NCBI RefSeq assembly: GCF_006345805.1
Contig: NC_043014.1
Location: forward strand, 36,952,001-37,016,000
DNA length: 64,000 bases
Direction: 5' to 3'
From: Octopus sinensis
Lineage: Eukaryota
Position numbers and translations under genes: made by a program. The notes under the pieces were generated by a model. It saw nothing but the letters and a program-made list of their open reading frames with translations, was not told the origin of the DNA and made no database searches. This document shows, one piece after another, positions 62,393 to 64,000 of this stretch; the first letter of the stretch is position 1, and each line of letters starts with the position of its first letter.

Positions 62393-62780
62393 ATGAAATT
62401 ATTGTATACAGTGCTCGGGTGCACCACAACTTGTCAGACAGTGCATATAAAGCACATGCAGTAATGTACAAATGTCTGGAAAGCGAACAATGCATGAGTC
62501 AGATACATGCTTGTGTGTGTATGGAGGAGAGAAAATCAGGTGTAGTGTTGGCGAATCTCAGAAAGCATGGAAGTTTCGAAGGATGCAATGCTCCGACAAC
62601 TAACAACTGATGCCGGCAGTTTGTTCCATGCTTCAGCAACTCTCAGCGTGAAAAAATGTATCCTAAAGTCATGGGAGCTGTGCTGTTTTCTGACTTTGTA
62701 AATATGTCCACAGGTGTTAGATGAGTGGAGTTTGAAAAGGTGCTCAGAGTTATTGTTTGTACGATGGTTGATAATTTTCA
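62393..62780 (-). mobile_element. CR1-like 3' fragment (same family as 18.2-19.2 kb) inserted into a family-A SINE tail
   Basis: ORF 62536..62913 KIINHRTNNNSEHLF...[10 protein letters not shown] matches 18889..19146; flanks continue the SINE tail (gggaggtcaattt | gtgccccagcgtggctgcaatctaatgactgaaac). Confidence 0.82.
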
Positions 62781-63524
62781 GTGCCCCAGCGTGGCTGCAA
62801 TCTAATGACTGAAACAAGTAGGAGATATCACACACATGAAATGCAAACATATAAGGCGTTACATTATCCATAGAAAACACTAGAGAAAGCAAAATGGTGT
62901 GCAAACAGAACACTCAAAGATGTCACATTTGAGTGCTCTATTTGGCCAACAAAGAGAAATAACAATTGTGTTCAAGCAAGACATTAAATCTATCATAGAT
63001 TATTCTAGTCTAGTGTCTTCTACCCCACTACAATCACCTCATTCTGCACCATCACAGGTTTTATGCAGCCACTTACATGTCAAAACAAAAATAATTAAGT
63101 TGAAAGACCACCAGGAAAATGCAAGATGTTTGATTTATTACTGTGCTAAGTTTCAAACATCGTGGACCCTGCCTCTATATGAAAGATCACATTCAGGCAT
63201 AGATACAATAACACAAAACACTATTACAATGATATCCTTGCTGAACTCTGACAAGCTTAAGCCAGGAAATAGCAACGAGGAAAATTACTGATTCACTGGA
63301 TTTCTGGAGGCAAAAGTGACAAAGGTGCATCTGTACTCCTTGATCAGTGTAGCAAGTAGCCATTTTAGCCATTTTGAAATAAGGTGCGAATTGGTAGCAA
63401 TTGGCAATATGACGTAATGTCGTATTGCTGAAGAAATATTATTGTCGTTTTTCCATTGGTTAATATAACTGCTCATATAGAGATTATAAAAGTAACTTAA
63501 AGAATATGTATATATATATATATA

Positions 63525-63919
63525 GGTGCAGGAGTGGCTGTGTGGTAAGTAGCTTGCTTACCAACCACATGGTTCCGGGTTCAGTTCCACTGCGTGGCAC
63601 CTAGGACGAGTGTCTTCTACTATAGCCTCAGGCCGACCAAAGCTTTGTGAGTGGATTTGGTAGACGGAAACTGAAAGAAGCCCGTCGTATATATGTATAT
63701 GTATATATATATATATGTGTCTGTGTTTGTCCCCGCAACATCACTTGACAACCGATGCTGGTGTGTTTACGTCCCCGTAACTTAGCATTTCGGCAAAAGA
63801 GACCGATAGATTAAGTACTAGGCTTACAAAGAATAAGTCCTGGGGTCAATTTGCTCAACTAAAGGCAGTGCTCCAGCATGGCCACAGTCACATGACTGAA
63901 ACAAGTAAAAGAGGAAGAG
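63525..63919 (+). mobile_element. SINE family A copy
   Basis: Family-A head, (TA)n core and tail. Confidence 0.88.
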
Positions 63920-64000
63920 TATGTGATTTCGATTCTTTAAAGTCAAGTTGAGCAGTTATAAAAAACCCTGGATTTTTGGAAAAACTTTAGTGTTTGTTGG

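Overview
AT-rich, repeat-dense eukaryotic genomic DNA. It is most likely from an octopus (coleoid cephalopod); this is inferred from recalled SINE/LINE families, not from a search. Manual exon reconstruction (GT-AG boundaries, consistent phases) gives three spliced genes that the ORF track mostly misses. (1) The last five coding exons of an MCUR1/CCDC90-family gene (+, 5274-10113; 5' exons lie upstream of the window). (2) A complete PDCD5 gene (-, 36669 to 10615; 5 coding exons, 130 aa). (3) A complete CCNDBP1/GCIP gene (+, 36974-56456; 10 coding exons, 332 aa). PDCD5 is tail-to-tail with MCUR1 (stops about 500 bp apart) and head-to-head with CCNDBP1 (ATGs about 300 bp apart). Introns and flanks contain defective LINEs (at least four RTE-like lineages and two CR1-like lineages), three tRNA-derived SINE families, piggyBac-, hAT- and mariner-like MITEs, two non-autonomous Helitrons, a foldback element and microsatellites. 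The most notable items are: an RTE family with a C4HC3 PHD-like finger inserted inside its reverse transcriptase and a 3' UTR built from a variable array of hairpin units; several long intronic hairpins; and a Helitron with a mirror-symmetric 3' end. Nothing here demonstrates a wholly new system. The long Ile/Tyr ORFs at 29.5-31 kb are microsatellite artefacts, and there is no CRISPR array.
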